Below are positions 1-13,230 of a stretch of 64,000 nt of DNA, in pieces. The stretch comes from Chiloscyllium plagiosum (lineage: Eukaryota). The stretch covers positions 1,984,029-2,048,028 of the forward strand of contig NC_057758.1 in assembly GCF_004010195.1 (NCBI RefSeq), in the 5' to 3' direction. The notes under the pieces are model-generated. The model was not told the DNA's origin. It saw only the letters and a program-made list of their open reading frames with translations, and did no database searches. Position numbers and translations under genes: made by a program. Each line of letters starts with the position of its first letter. Within the stretch, counting starts at the first letter, position 1.

Positions 1-390
1 CCAACTAAGGACCTTTCATGTCCCCTCCTTGCTGCTCTTGGCTCTCTCTTCAGGTCCTTCCTGGCTACCTTATAACTCTCAATCGCCCCAATTGAACCTT
101 CACGCCTCATCTTTACATAGGCCGCCCTCTTCCTTTTAAAAAGGGATTCCAATTCCTTATTAAACCACGGCTCCCTCACACGACCATTTCCTCTCTGCCT
201 GAAGGGTACATACTTATCAAGGACACTCAATAGTTGCTCCTTGAACAAGCTCCACATATCAATTACGCCCTTGCCTTGAAGCTTACTTTTCCAAGCCACA
301 CATCCTAAGTCATGCCTCACCGCATCATAATTTCTCTGCCCCCAGCTATAACACTTGCCCTGTAGTGCACACTTATCCCTCTCCATCACT
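1..390 (-). mobile_element. CR1-clade LINE ORF2 fragment (linker between endonuclease and RT), inverted relative to the adjacent fragment
   Basis: The minus strand translates to ...MWSLFKEQLLSVLDKYVP...REPWFNK...RRGHERSL, typical of the CR1 ORF2 linker. It runs off the left edge of the window. Confidence 0.75.
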
Positions 391-1988
391 AGATGTAGAT
401 GTGTTGGAAATTTTGGAAAACATGAAGATTGATAAGTCCCCATTACCAGACCAGATCTATCCTAGGCTGCTTCGGGAAGCGTGAAAGGAGATTGCTCAGC
501 CGCTGGCGAAGATCTTGACCTCCTCACTCACCACGGGAGTCGTATGGGAGGATTCGAAGGAGGCGAATGTTGTTCTTCTTTTCAAGAAGGGCAAATCCCT
601 GCCAATTACAGACCGGTCAGTCTTACGTTTGTGGTCAGCAAAGTTTTGGAAAGAATTTTGAGGGATAGGACCTGTGACTATTTGGCAAAGTAGAGCGTGA
701 TTAAAGGCAGTCAGCATGGCTTTGTGAGGGGCAGTTCATGCCTCAAATCTTATTGAGTTCTTTGAGGAGGTGGCAAGACATGTCGACGAAGGTCAAGCAG
801 TGGATGTGTTGTATATGGACTTCAGCAAGGCATTTGTTAATGTTCCCTATGGTAAGCTCATTGATAAAGTCAGGAAGTATGGCATACTGGGAGATTTGGC
901 TATCTGGACTCAGAACTGGTTGGCTTACAGAAAGCAGAGAGTAGTTGTAGATGGAAAGTATTCTGCCTCGAGCTAAGTGTTCGTTGGGGTACTGTAGGGC
1001 TCTGTTCTCGGGCCTCTGCTCTTCTTTTTATAAATGACTTGGACGTGGAGGTTGAGGGGTGGATTCGTAAATTTGCAGATGACACAAAGGTTGTAGGTGT
1101 CGTCGATAGTATCGAGGGATATTGCAGGTTGCAGCGCGACATAGACAGGATGCAGAGCTGGGCTGAGAAATGGCAGATGGAGTTCAACCCGGATAAATGA
1201 GAAGTGACGCATGTTGTAAGGTCGAAATCGAATGCTGAATATAGGATTGAAGACAGGATTTTTGGTAGTGTGGAGGAACAGAGGGATGTGGGTGTGCAAG
1301 TAAATAGATGCCTCAAAGTTGCCAGACAAGTGGACAGGGCTATTAAGAAAGCATATTGCATTTGGCTTTTATTAACAGGGGGATCGAGTTTAAGAGACGT
1401 GAGGCTTTGCCACAGCTCTGCAAGTCCTTGTAAGACCAAACTTGCAATATTGTCCAATTCTGGTGGCCCTACTATAGGAAATATAAAGAGGCTTCGGAGA
1501 GGGTGCAAAAAAAGGTTTGCAAGGATGCTGCCTGGACTGGACGGTTTGTCTTAAGAAGAAAGGTTCAAAAAGCTCGGACTATTCCCACTGGAGAGAAGGA
1601 GGAAGAGTGGAGGCCTGATCACGGTAAACAAGACAATGAGAGGAATAGATAGAGTCAATAGCCAGAGACTTTTCCCCAGGGCAGGATTGACGGGTATGAG
1701 GGCTCATAGTTTTGAGATATTAGGGAAAAGGTATAGAGGAGACGTCAGAGGTAGGTTCTATACGCAGCGAGTTTTGAATGCATGGAATACGTTACCAGTG
1801 GTGAAAGGAAAGCAGAGTCATTAGGGACATATAAACGACTGCTGAACAGGCACATGGAGAGCAGTGAGTTGAGGGGTGCGTCGGTGAAGTTATATTATTT
1901 TACAGAAGGATTAAACCTCGGCACAACATCGTGGGCCAAAGGGCCTGTTCGGTACTGTACTATTCTATGTTCTATGTTCTATGCTCTC
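391..1988 (+). mobile_element. CR1-clade LINE, RT domain to 3' tail (decayed)
   Basis: Frameshifted peptides DKSP..DQIYPRLL, PANYRPVSLT, VDVLYMDFSKAF, KFADDTK and WAEKWQMEFN. The 3' tail gggccaaagggcctgtt ends in (ttctatg)n at ~1962-1983. Confidence 0.92.
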
Positions 1989-1989
1989 G

Positions 1990-2775
1990 ACCCCACCACC
2001 AAGAACATTGTCCCATCTCCATTCTTCGTTGGATTCTGCAAGGGATATTTGCTTCGACAGTCCTTAGTTTGCGCAATTCTCCGCACCAAACCCCCAACCG
2101 GAAAAGACACAAAACTTGCCGGCACGCGACCCCCCCCCCCCCCCCCCCCCCCCCACTCACCTCCATCCACGGCCCTAAAAAGTCCTTTCATGTAAGACAG
2201 CGGTTCACCAACCGCTCTTCCAACCTATGATACAGCATCAAGTGCTCCAGATGTGGTCTTCTCTATATCTGGGAGACCGAACATGAACTTAGGGAATGTT
2301 TCACAGAGCATCGCAGACAGGCCTAGATAGGATAACCGGATCTCCGAGTTACTGCCCATTTCAATTCCCCTTCCCATTCTCTTTCTGACATGATAATCTT
2401 TGGCCTACTCCATTCACACAACGAAGCATGCCACAAATTGGAGGAATAACACCACATCTTCCTCCTAGGCAGCCTGCATCCCGGAGCACTGAATTTTGAG
2501 TTCTCCAATTTCAAATAACGTACCTTCCCATTTCTCAACTCCATTCCTGTCACCTCCCCATCCATTCCACCCCTCCTTGCCACCAGCCGGATTCATTCTG
2601 CCCATACCCAATCAATTGGTACCCTTTACCTGTCTTCAACTCTCCCTATCTTACCAAACTGCCAGCGGCACCCCCTTTGTCTGGAGCTCCTCCAGCATCC
2701 ACCCCCAGTCCTGAAGAATGGTAACACCCGAAAGGTCGCCTTCTGAACCTTCAGATACTGCCTGGCTGGCTCTGT
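1990..2775 (+). mobile_element. Penelope-like element 3' fragment (GIY-YIG endonuclease remnant and terminal repeat)
   Basis: From ~2237 it reads IKCSRCGLLYIWETEHELRECFTEH (GIY-YIG-like C..C..YIGET). A pyrimidine-rich tail follows, with a degenerate hammerhead-like motif at 2711-2737. Confidence 0.75.
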
Positions 2776-2779
2776 TAGA

Positions 2780-3215
2780 CCACAGAACATTACAGCGCAT
2801 TACAGGTCCTTCGGTCCTCAATGTTACAACGACATATGAAACTATCTGAAGCCCAGCTAACCTACATTATCCTGGAATGCTACATATATTTATCCAATGG
2901 CCATTTCAATGCCCTTAAAGTTGTCATGTCTGACACTGTTGCACCTAGGCATTACACGGAATTACTGCGCTCTGAGTAAAGAAAATACCTCTGACTTCTG
3001 TCCTATGTCTACCACCCCTCAATTCAAAGTTATGTCTTCTAGTGCCAGCCATCACCATCCGAGGATGAAGGCTCTCACTGCCCGCTCTATCTAATGCTCT
3101 GATCGTCTATATGTCCCTATTAAGTCACCCCTTACGCTGCATCTCTCTCGAAGGAAAACAGCCTCAAATCCCTCATTCGTTGTTCCTAAGACATTCCCAC
3201 ATCTTCCAGGCAACC
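2780..3215 (-). mobile_element. CR1 LINE 3' end fragment
   Basis: Reverse-complement tail (agaacattacagcg...ggtccttcgg) and the RGDLI motif. Similar to 13231 onward and 15639 onward. Confidence 0.75.
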
Positions 3216-4499
3216 AAATTTCAAATTGATTCTTCCAGCCGCCTGCCTCTCTACTTTGCCTAACTCTCCTGGCTGGCACCAGTCTACTTGACTGTATATG
3301 TGGTAAGACCAGCTCCCTGAATATATGAGTATACGGCTCAGTATTTCAAATTGCCAATTCAACCGATCGTGCAGTCTGAGAGGAGTTGCAGTCAGACACA
3401 CAGTGATCCAAGAAAATCCAGAATAATTTCATAGGATTTCTGAGTTCACTCGACATGCAACGTTATCTCTGATTTCTGTCCGCAGATGCTTCCAGTCCTG
3501 ATGAGATTTTACATAAATTTCTGTTTTCCTTTTGTCAGATTTACAGCATTCATAGATTTTACGGTTTTTAATTTAATTGGAGAAACCTGTGGAATGCTAC
3601 ATTATAATGGCCAGGATATTCCTCGATCATTAACGCCGAGTTTAGACATACAGTTGCCAACGTCAGGTGTTTGTGGCACAGTGTTAACATTCATGTATCC
3701 AGGCCAGAAGGATTGGATTCAAGTCACACATCTGCTGGAAGTGTCTCACAATATTCCAAAGAGTTTAATTTAAAATATTTGCAGACGCAAATCTCCACGA
3801 GTGGTTTCACTCACTTCCTTCATTTCTGAGCATCTCTTGCTTTACAGTAGGGGTGCTCCGATCTCATAACAAAGAGGCCCAGGTGCCAGTCCCATCAGCT
3901 TATAGTGGTCTGTCATAAAACGCTGAACTGGCCGAGTTTCCAAATATTTGCACGTGCAGAAGCAATTGGTAATAGAAACGCAATGTTGGCCATACTTAGA
4001 AGACAGATGTGTACATTTGGAACCTCTTGCAGTAATCTCACCGAGAGAGATGTGTACAGTTTGGATGAAGTCACGTCAAAATGAAGTGCCTCCTTTGTAA
4101 CTACTAATGCGAAAGGGGAACCTGATGAGCAAAGATTGGATACATTTGGGGCTGTACTCAATGGAATTCAAGATATTCAGGCACGATCTAATTAAAACAT
4201 AGAAGAGAACCAGATGGCAAGAATTTCGAGAGGCTAAAAGTATTTATAGAATCTATTTGCAACTTGAGACGATAATGGGATGATATCTTCTCTCTGGGCG
4301 ATCGGGAGTGTTTCAAAATCTTCCCTCCACTCGACAATTGAGAACCTTGAAACTACTCAGGGATAAACAACCCGTTTGATGAGTACCACATCAGCAAACA
4401 TCGCCTCCCCTAACACCCAGATAGTGCAGCAGCATTGAAAACTGTCTAAATGGTGCACTGTAGATATTCACTAAAACCACAACATCAGAATTTCAACCA

Positions 4500-4810
4500 A
4501 ACCCTGGAGCACGACCATTGAGAAGGACACAGGCAGTAAGTAGCTGGCAACACCACTCTTTTCAAATTTTTATCCAAGCCACACTCAATCCAGATTTGGA
4601 AATGCATTGCCTTTGCTTCAACGTAGCTACTTCAAAATGCTGGAGATCCCCCACTTAGGGCACAGAGAGTCCAAAGACAACAAGTGAACTGTAGATGTTC
4701 AAGAAGGTAGTTGACGACCACCTTACAAAATGTGGCTTAGGGAGGAGCAGTAAGCGTTGATCTTGCCAGCGATAGCCATTTACTGCTCGTGATCGAAAGA
4801 AAAAGAAAGA
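4500..4810 (+). mobile_element. 3' tail fragment of the LINE family at 5636-8808
   Basis: Similar to 8520-8808 (ttcaagaagg...caccaccttc...gccagcga). Confidence 0.55.
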
Positions 4811-5336
4811 AATTAAGAAGACGGTTTGCTGTATTATGTCGTGCAGACAATCTGGACCACCCTTCCATCACTTCACTGATGATACATGATGGACTAAGAG
4901 GGTGAAATTTTCTTCCTCTAGCTATATCTTTCAAGCCAATGGTTTATTTTCTGGTAGCTGAAAGTAATCAAAATGTCATTATGAGACTTGCTTTTACCTG
5001 CAGGTCTTTATTTAAATCAAATATCACCATCCCACCGTGAAACTACAATTCACAGAACGCTGGAGCGCACAGAAAACAAGTAATGCGGTGGGAGAGTTGA
5101 ATTTCTGTTACTTTTAGCTAAATGAAACGGCCACAACTCGAGGGAAGTGTATCTTCCTCTTTTCAAGGCATCGGTGAGACCTCACATGGAGCATCACGTC
5201 AAGTTTTGCTAATTTAATGGCGGAGGATTGTGAATGCATTTCAAAAAGTTCAGATGAGGTTCACTAGAACAATTCCAAATATGAAAGTTTAAAACAGAAG
5301 GATATTTTGAGCAGTTCAGGCCAATACAGAATTCTG

Positions 5337-5557
5337 GGTTAGAGCGGTGATGGAAAAGCACAGCAGTTCAGGCAGCATCCGAGGAGCAGTAAAATCGACG
5401 TTTCGGGCAAAAGCTCTTCATCAGGAATACAGGATGAAGGGCTTTTGCCCGAAACGTCGATTTTACTGCACCTCGGATGCTGCCTGAACTGCTGTGCTTT
5501 TCCAGCACCACTCTAATCTAGACTCTGGTTTCCAACATCTGCAGTCATTTCTTTTAA
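5337..5557. repeat. Palindromic Penelope-derived element (two head-to-head terminal-repeat copies)
   Basis: 5337-5421 is the near-perfect reverse complement of 5433-5518. The arms match the element at 63000-63320. Confidence 0.9.
5397..5424 (-). ncRNA. Minimal type I hammerhead ribozyme-like motif
   Basis: The minus strand reads CTGATGA-A-GAGC-TTTT-GCCC-GAAAC-GTC, with one mismatch in helix II. Confidence 0.55.
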
Positions 5558-5635
5558 CCAATACGGAATTCTGGAGTACAGAATAGTGGGAATCGATCTC
5601 ATTGATGTCTACAAGATGCTCAAGTATCTCAATGT

Positions 5636-8600
5636 GGAGGCAATCGCCTCGTGGTATTATCACTCGACTATTAATCCGGAAACCCAGAAAAATCTGGGTT
5701 CGATTTACGCCAAGACAAATGGTGAAATTTGAATTCAATAAAAAGAATCTTGAATTACGAGGCAACCGATGACCATGAAACGATTTTTGGAAAAAAACAT
5801 CTGGTTCAATAATCTCCTTCAAGGAAGGAAATCTGCCATCTTTTACCTGGTCTGACCTGCATGTGACTGTAGTGCCAATGCAATGTGGTTGACTGTCAAC
5901 TGCCCGCTGAAATGGCCGAGGAAGCCACTCCGTTGTCTCAATCGCAAGGAAGTTGCAGAAAATAACTGAAACTGCACGGACCAACTGGCATGGACCTTGG
6001 AACCAGAAAAGACAACGGCAAAAACACAAAGAGTCCTGTTGACCTTACAAAGTTTTCCTTATAAATATCTGGGGGGTAGTGCCGAAGTTGGGAGCGTTGT
6101 CTCACAGACTAATGAATCAACAGCCTGACATGCTCATTTATTACGAAACCATACTTACAGATAACATCACAGACTATAGCAATACCATCCTTGAAATTTG
6201 TCCGGTCCCCCTGGCAACGCAGACCCAGAAGAGGTGGTGCAAAGTGGTATACAGACAGGCGGGCGTTGTGTTAGGAGTCCTAACATTAACTCCAGACCCC
6301 ATGAACTCTCATGTCTTCAGGTTAAACATGGACAAGGAAATCTCTTACTGGTTACGACGTTCTGTCCACCTTTGGCTGATGTATCAATACTCCTCCATGT
6401 TGAACAACACTTGGTGGAAGCAATGAGGGTGGCAAGGACGCAACATGTACTCTGGGTGAGGGATTTCAATGTCCACCGTAAAGAGTGGCTCAGCAGCAAC
6501 ATTACCGTTCGAGCTGGTCGGGTCCTAAAGGATAAAACTGCAAGACTGGGTCTGTGGCAGATTTTGAAGGAAGCAACAAGAGTAAAAAACATACTTGCCA
6601 TCAATCTTGCTAACCTGTCGGTTGCAGAGGAGTCTGTTCATAACAGTGTAGTTAAAATGACCACCGCACTGTCCATGTGAAGTCGAATTCCAGCCTTCAC
6701 ATTGAGAATAACCTCAATCGTATTGTGTGGCACTGTCACCATGCTAAGTTGGACAGACTTTGAAATGATCTAGCAGCTCCAGTCAGGGAATCCGTACAGC
6801 AGCAGAACTGTACTTCAGAACAATCTGCAATCTCATGGCATGATATATTCCCCATTCAATCATTAACATCAAGCCAGTAGATCAACCCTGTTTCAACAGA
6901 GTGTGCAAGGGGGCATGCAAAGCGCAGCATCAGCCATACCTAAAAATGAGGCATCAATCTGTGAAGCTACCAAACATGGCTACCTGCGTGCAAAACCGCA
7001 TAACCAGCAAGTGATAGACAGAGCTAAGTGATCCCACAACCAACATATCAGATCTAAGCTCTGCAGTCCTTCTACATCCAGTTGTGAATGATCGTGGACA
7101 ATTAAGTAACTCACTGGAGGAGGAGGCTCTACAAATATCATCATCCTTAATGATGGAGGATACCAGCACATCAGTGTAAAGGATAAGGCTAGTACATTCG
7201 CAAGCATCTTCTGTCAGAAGTGTAGAGAGGACGATTCATCTCAGGCTCCTTCAGTGGACCCCAGCATCACATATAGCAGTCTCTAGCCAATTCGATTCAC
7301 GCCACGTAAGATCAAGAAATGGATAGAGATACTGGATACTGCAAAGGCATAGGCCCTGATAACAATTCGACAATAGCATGTACTGCAGAAACTGCCGCTC
7401 CACTAACCAAGCTCTTCCAGTAAAATTACCATTCTGGCATCTATCCAACAATGTGGAAAATTGCCACAAATCCAAGACAAATCCAACCCGGCCAATTACC
7501 GCCCAATCAGTCTATTCTCCATCGTCAATAAAGTGATGGAAGGGCTCATCCACAATCAAGCAGCACCTTGTTAGGAACAACCTGAAAAACATGATGATCA
7601 GTCTGGGTTTCGTCAGGGTCAATCAGCTCGTGATGTATTTACAGGTTTCATTCATAAATGGGCTGAAGCACTGAGTTATGGAGTGGTGGTGAGAGTGACA
7701 GTCCGGAACATCAAGGTCGCATTTAATCGAGTATGGCATGAAGGAGCGATTGCAAAACTAGAATTAGCAGGTATCCGGGCAACACTCGCTGGTTAGAGTC
7801 ATACCTGGCACAAAGGATGATGCTCGAGGTTGTGGGCGGTCGTTCACCGCAGCTCTAGGACATCTCTGAAGAAGTCGTACAGTTTTGAGTCCTAGCCCAT
7901 CAAGCTTCAGCAGCTTCATCAATTTCACAAGGTCAGAAGTGGGAATGTTTGCCGAGTATTGCACAGTATTTAGCACCATTCGCGATTGCTCAAATGCAAC
8001 AAATTCTGGACAATATCCAGGCTAGAGCCGAGAATTGGCAAGTAACATGCGCGCTAAACAAATGCCAGACAATGACTATCACCAAAGGAGACACTGAAAA
8101 CCGCCACTGATAATCAACGGTATTTCGATCACTGACCCTCCGCCCCGCCCGCCCCCCACCCCTTCCCCCCGTCGGCATCCTTGGCGTTACCATTGACCAG
8201 AAGCTCAGATGGAGTCACCACATAAATGCAGTGTATTTTAAGAGGAGGTCAGAGACTAGGGATAACTCAAACTCTAGACTCTCCAAGTCTATCCAACACC
8301 TACGACAAACACATCACGAGCGTGATGGAATACTCCCCACTTCTCTGGATGGATCCAGCTACAAGAACACACAAGAAGCTTGACACCATCCAGGACAAAG
8401 CAACCCGCTTGGTTTGCACCACATCGACAAACATTCGATCCCTCCACATCGGCGCTCAGTAGCAGCAGTGCGTAGTCTCTACAGGATGCACTGCAGAATT
8501 TCACCAAAGATCCTGAGACAGCACCTTCCAAATCCACGACCACTTCCATCTCGAAGGAGAAGGGCGGCAGGGACTTGAGAACACCACCACCTGCAAGTTC

Positions 8601-8808
8601 CCCTCTGAGTAACACATCACGTTGACTTGAAAAAATATCATCGTTCCTTCACAGTCGTCGGATCAAAATCCACGAATTCCCTCCCTACCGGAATTGTGGT
8701 TCAAGAAAACAACTCACCACTACCTTCTCAAGGGCAAATAGGGATGGGCTATCAATGCTGGACAGCCAGCAACGCCCTTGTCCCACAAACGAATTATTAA
8801 AAAAAACA
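5636..8808 (+). mobile_element. Near full-length decayed single-ORF LINE (APE endonuclease + RT, CR1/L2 group) with tRNA-like 5' head
   Basis: EN motifs WVRDFNVH and EATRVKNIL (ORF 6198-6680). RT motifs NPANYRPISLFSIV and QSGFRQG at ~7480-7620. C-terminal SVMEYSPLLW..KKLDTIQDKA. A-rich end at ~8800. Head with box A/B-like sequences at 5644-5705. Confidence 0.85.
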
Positions 8809-9129
8809 GATTAATGATTTCTATTCGAGTGGACGTTTGCCCGTGTGGATCAATATAGCTGGATAGGAAAAGTGTTTAGCATGGATGAAGTTAATTTAAA
8901 AGAGAGATGAAGTGGAATTAATTGTCTCAACGGGAAATTCTGTGAAATTCACCACCACAGAATTTGGCCGATAGACTGAACAATATTTAAGGTGGAGATA
9001 TCCATACGTTTTATAAACAAGAAGATGGAATTGTGATCGAGAAAAGATTAGTCATGATAGTGGTTAATCGCAGACCAGCCTGGACTGGCTGAATGATCCA
9101 TTCCTGCTCCTAGTAACAGATTCATAGAG

Positions 9130-10070
9130 TTATAGAGTTTTTGTAGTCGTTATGAAATTACCTTCCTTCTCTGTCAATACTGGGCTTGAGTCGTAGATTG
9201 TTCTATTTGTGTCACTAACATTAGCAGTACATCCGCCATCTGTGACAAACGAGTAATTTAAAAAAAAATTCTTGGGAGCAGTGATTTTGATAAAAGGCAC
9301 AGAAATGTTAAGAATTGGCAGTGAATTGTAATTGTGTATATGTAAATCGTGAAGAAAATGCTCACGTTGAGGTGCAGTCACTGATAATGAACGGACGTGA
9401 GTGACCATTGCGCTGATCATACTGGGGTGACTTATGTTGAATGTATTTCCCCGATAGATCTTTGTGACTGGCGTGCGGCCAGATGAAAATTTTAAAAAGT
9501 TACGTTTGCAAATGCGTACGAACTGTCTTCGCAAATTGCTAAATTGCAGCTGTTTCATACAGTTCCTAATAAATAGGAAGCCTGTGACAATTTGGAATTC
9601 GTGATTGAGAGGATTTGCAATTAATTCACCAGTATAATTTCAATTATGTTGGAACTGTATTGATTGGAGATTGCCAAAATCTCAATGTTGGGGAGGAATT
9701 TCACTGAAATCTATAACTTTCCAAAAGAACTGGACAGGGTAAATATAGGAACGATTTCGCCAGTAATCTGTGAGTCCGGACTCTCACAGTCTAAGTATAA
9801 AGTGTAGGACTAAAATGAGGAGAAACGTCTTCACCGAGGAAATGGTGAACATGAGGAATTGTTTTCCAGAGGAAGAGTTCTAAACTAAAATACTGAATAT
9901 TTGACCATCGAATTATCTGAAGGTTCTCGGACTGACTGGATTAAAGGCTATAGGGAGAAAGCCGAAACAAAAGGCTGAGTTTGATGATCATCAATGATTG
10001 TGCAGAATAGAGAAGCTGGCTGGAACGACAACTTGCCTACTCAAGCTCTTATTTTCTCCATATCGATGTT
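9130..10070 (+). mobile_element. Old, highly diverged CR1 LINE fragment
   Basis: Faint RT motif (YIHNYN ~ FADDTK region) and a CR1-like 3' region (aggactaaaatgaggagaaac...ttcacc). Confidence 0.45.
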
Positions 10071-10334
10071 TGTCTGAAACAGAAATGTGAAGGATGAAAG
10101 CAGCCTGTTTCAACCTCCCACTGAATGGAGATTGGAGCCAGTTTTCAAGGAAGAAATGTTGCATCCAGCTTTGATATGGGCAGCGTTAGTATTCCCAAAC
10201 CTAAATGCAAAAGGCAGATATGAATCGAGCTTTACAAAGTGATGATTTCACATTGATATATGACATTAACGTTTCCCGAATTCAATAATTTCTCATGCAC
10301 GTCCACAAACCATTATATTTGTTTCCTCGCTAGC

Positions 10335-10975
10335 CACTGTAGAGCTCCCAGAGGACTGGCCATCAGCTACTGTTGCTCCCCTGTTCAAGAAGGAAAATAT
10401 AGTTAACCGAGAGATGCGATTTTCACATCGTTGTTTCGGATGCTATTGAAGAGAATTATTTCTAATATTATTTACGCACAATCGGACAACAATGGTCTAA
10501 TTAGGAAGTGTCAATATGGCATTGTGCAGAGTTGGTCATGCCTTAATATCTTGATTGATGTTTTGAGGAGGTAATGAACGCGATTTATGTATAGCTGTGG
10601 ATGTTATCTCCATGGATCTACAAGACTTAATAATACTCTTTCCTGTAAGGATCATTCAGAATCTTAAATTGCATGCTGTTGCACGTTGGGAAATCAAATG
10701 TTAAGGAAAATTGTACAGTTAACAGATACACACTGAACATCATTGATATAAAGATTGATCTTGAGGGTTCAAGTTCAATGTTCCCTGAAAATGTCCACAC
10801 AATTTGATGATTATGTTGCATTCTTACCTTATTTGATCAGGGATTGAGTAAAACTGTCAGCTTATCATTTGCAGCTTCATAAGATTTTGATTTGCTCACA
10901 CATCGAGAATTGCACTCAATTCTGGTCGTCACATTACAGGAAGGAGCTGGATGCTTTGGAGAGAGTGCACTTTGA
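10335..10975 (+). mobile_element. Diverged CR1 LINE RT fragments
   Basis: PEDW...PLFKK at ~10345-10395 and HIENCTQFWSSHYRKELDALERV (ORF 10869). Confidence 0.65.
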
Positions 10976-13230
10976 GCAGTCTACATTAAGCAATCATTTT
11001 CCTAAGCTCTGTAAATATTGTCAGCCATGTTCTACTTGGCAGCTGTCAACTATTTTATGTTGTTCAGTCAACTGCATTCCTAAATGTGAGAGATGAGGTC
11101 TGTAATTCAGAAGGAATATTGCCAGAAAAGACCATGATATATGGAATACATGACGAAAAGTGCAGCGTTTGATTATAAAAAGTGAAAGTGGACAGTTGGT
11201 GAAAGGTGATGAATGTGGTGGTAGGAGTAATAAGAATTCTCTGGTCAGGAAATACTGTTTAACCTTAGTAATGATGCAGTTAGATCTCAGATGGCAGTGA
11301 TGCCGACTGTGTTCCAAATGTCAGTGGAGAATCAGTCAACCCAGGTGTTAGAGGATGCATATCTTTTGATTTTTCTAACGGTCTGGAAAACGATTCACAA
11401 AGCTATATGTTGAAAGAGGAGGAGAAAGTGCAGAATAAGGTTAAGCAACTTGAGCGTTAGTTATCAGAAAATGTGTTTGATAAAATTGGGAAGATAAAAA
11501 ACGGAACACAAATTTATTTCAGAGAAATTCAGCTAATTTCTTGGAAGTAAATATATCCCCAGAGAAAAGTAGATGTATTTATTTCAGGGAAATGAGCTGA
11601 ATTAAGACTGAAAGAGTGAAAACGTAAACAGTTGTATCAACACGCACAGACAGAAGAAGAATATGAGTGTATTTCAGAATGTTACCATCGAGATAAGAAG
11701 TCTTGATCAGGAAGTGGGAACAGTCACCGATTTAGTCCGTTGAAAAATATGCAGAATTTCATGCAGTTGTTTTATTGGTGAATTATATAAAAAAAGGAGT
11801 TCAAACCCCTGGCACTGCAAGAAAGAAAACAGAAAAGCTGTGAAAAATCATTCACACTGAACTGTCCTCTGACTCACTTCCAATAAAATGGCATACTGAT
11901 GTTAAATAGACATATCTCGACAGTTATTCTGCCGCGATAAATTGCACACGATAGATACACAAAATGTTTAGATTTTTGCTAGAATAGTTTTATTGGAGCA
12001 AAGAGGTTCAATTAACACATTGATAAAATTGATCCAGATCTTGCCTTTGAACAATAAAGGAACAATCCCGCATTGCTGTGACATTCAAACGAGTCCTCAT
12101 TAAACTGAAATAAATACCACATCGCAGCAAGAAGCCACAGCAGCGGTGACAGAAGCAAGTGAGTTAGAAGAACAGCTCTAAGAAACGAACATAATCGAGA
12201 CAAGACGTACTTTAGGGAGTCTCGATGCAACTGAATACGTGGCTATGCTGGTGAAACACATTGATGCATGGAAAACATGGATAGGGATGAGATACAGCGA
12301 TACACCAAACAACCAGTAACTGCGTGTTTTCTGTGGGCTTGTGTGGGCAACAACACTAGAGACATTTTGAAATGTGCACAAGAACGATGCCAATAAGTTA
12401 CCAAAAGATATCAGTGGGAGACAGGAATTGGACACACAGCATGTGTTGGAAGCCGTTCTGGATCAGCAAAATGAGAAATATTTTGTGAGAGTGCTCTGTC
12501 TGAACCGAACATTGGGATTGTCGATTCTACAGGCATCATCCTTCAAAGTAGAAATGTGAGCAGGAAATGGTTGAAAGCAGCGGCGGCAAATGTTATGTTC
12601 TGGCGGTGTAATGTGCTCTCTGTGGCGTGGACCGCTTATGTAAGCCAGACATTCAATAGTTTCCCTTACCTAAATTCAACGTAAGTGTGGAAATAAAAAA
12701 GAATGACCATGTATAGGATGGAATCAGGAGCAACAATGCATTATTTGTAGCATGTTTTGAGACTTACAGCTGTATTCGTAATATGGTTCCATTAGATGAG
12801 ATTGCGTCACCTGCATCTTTGAATATTAAACAAACTGTTGCATACTGCAAAATCTGTTATAAGATTTATAAAACGTTTTCAGAGCTATATTGAATAAGTG
12901 TCTGTTCTCACAACATGCTATCTGATTGCCACTTTTCATCAGCTAAATGTGGAATGTGAGCTTTTACATTTTCCACCAAGAGAAGATTCCGTAAACGACA
13001 GAGGAGAGGAACAGTACTGAGTGAATATAAGAGATTACTGGCTTTCTCCATTCATGAACTATTACTCGAAAATATTTCTGACATTAATACAAATAAATAA
13101 GCAAATCTGACACCACCTGTGGGAAGAAATTAGACTTTAGGCTTCAAGTCGTTCATCAGAACCTTTTTAGTGCGGCTTCCCTAGACTCGGACGTTTACTT
13201 CACTTTCAACCCACAGATACTGCCAGAGTT

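Noticed and set aside
900..1508. 202-aa minus-strand ORF
   Set aside because: It is the antisense shadow of the CR1 reverse transcriptase.
2130..2155. Poly-C run giving poly-Pro/poly-Gly ORFs
   Set aside because: It is a homopolymer inside a Penelope fragment and is not coding.
11780..12690. TATA-like site, a stop-poor plus frame (~12120-12559) and a GTAAGT donor at 12681, suggesting a decayed gene
   Set aside because: It has three in-frame stops and no recognisable protein motif, so it cannot be supported without a search.
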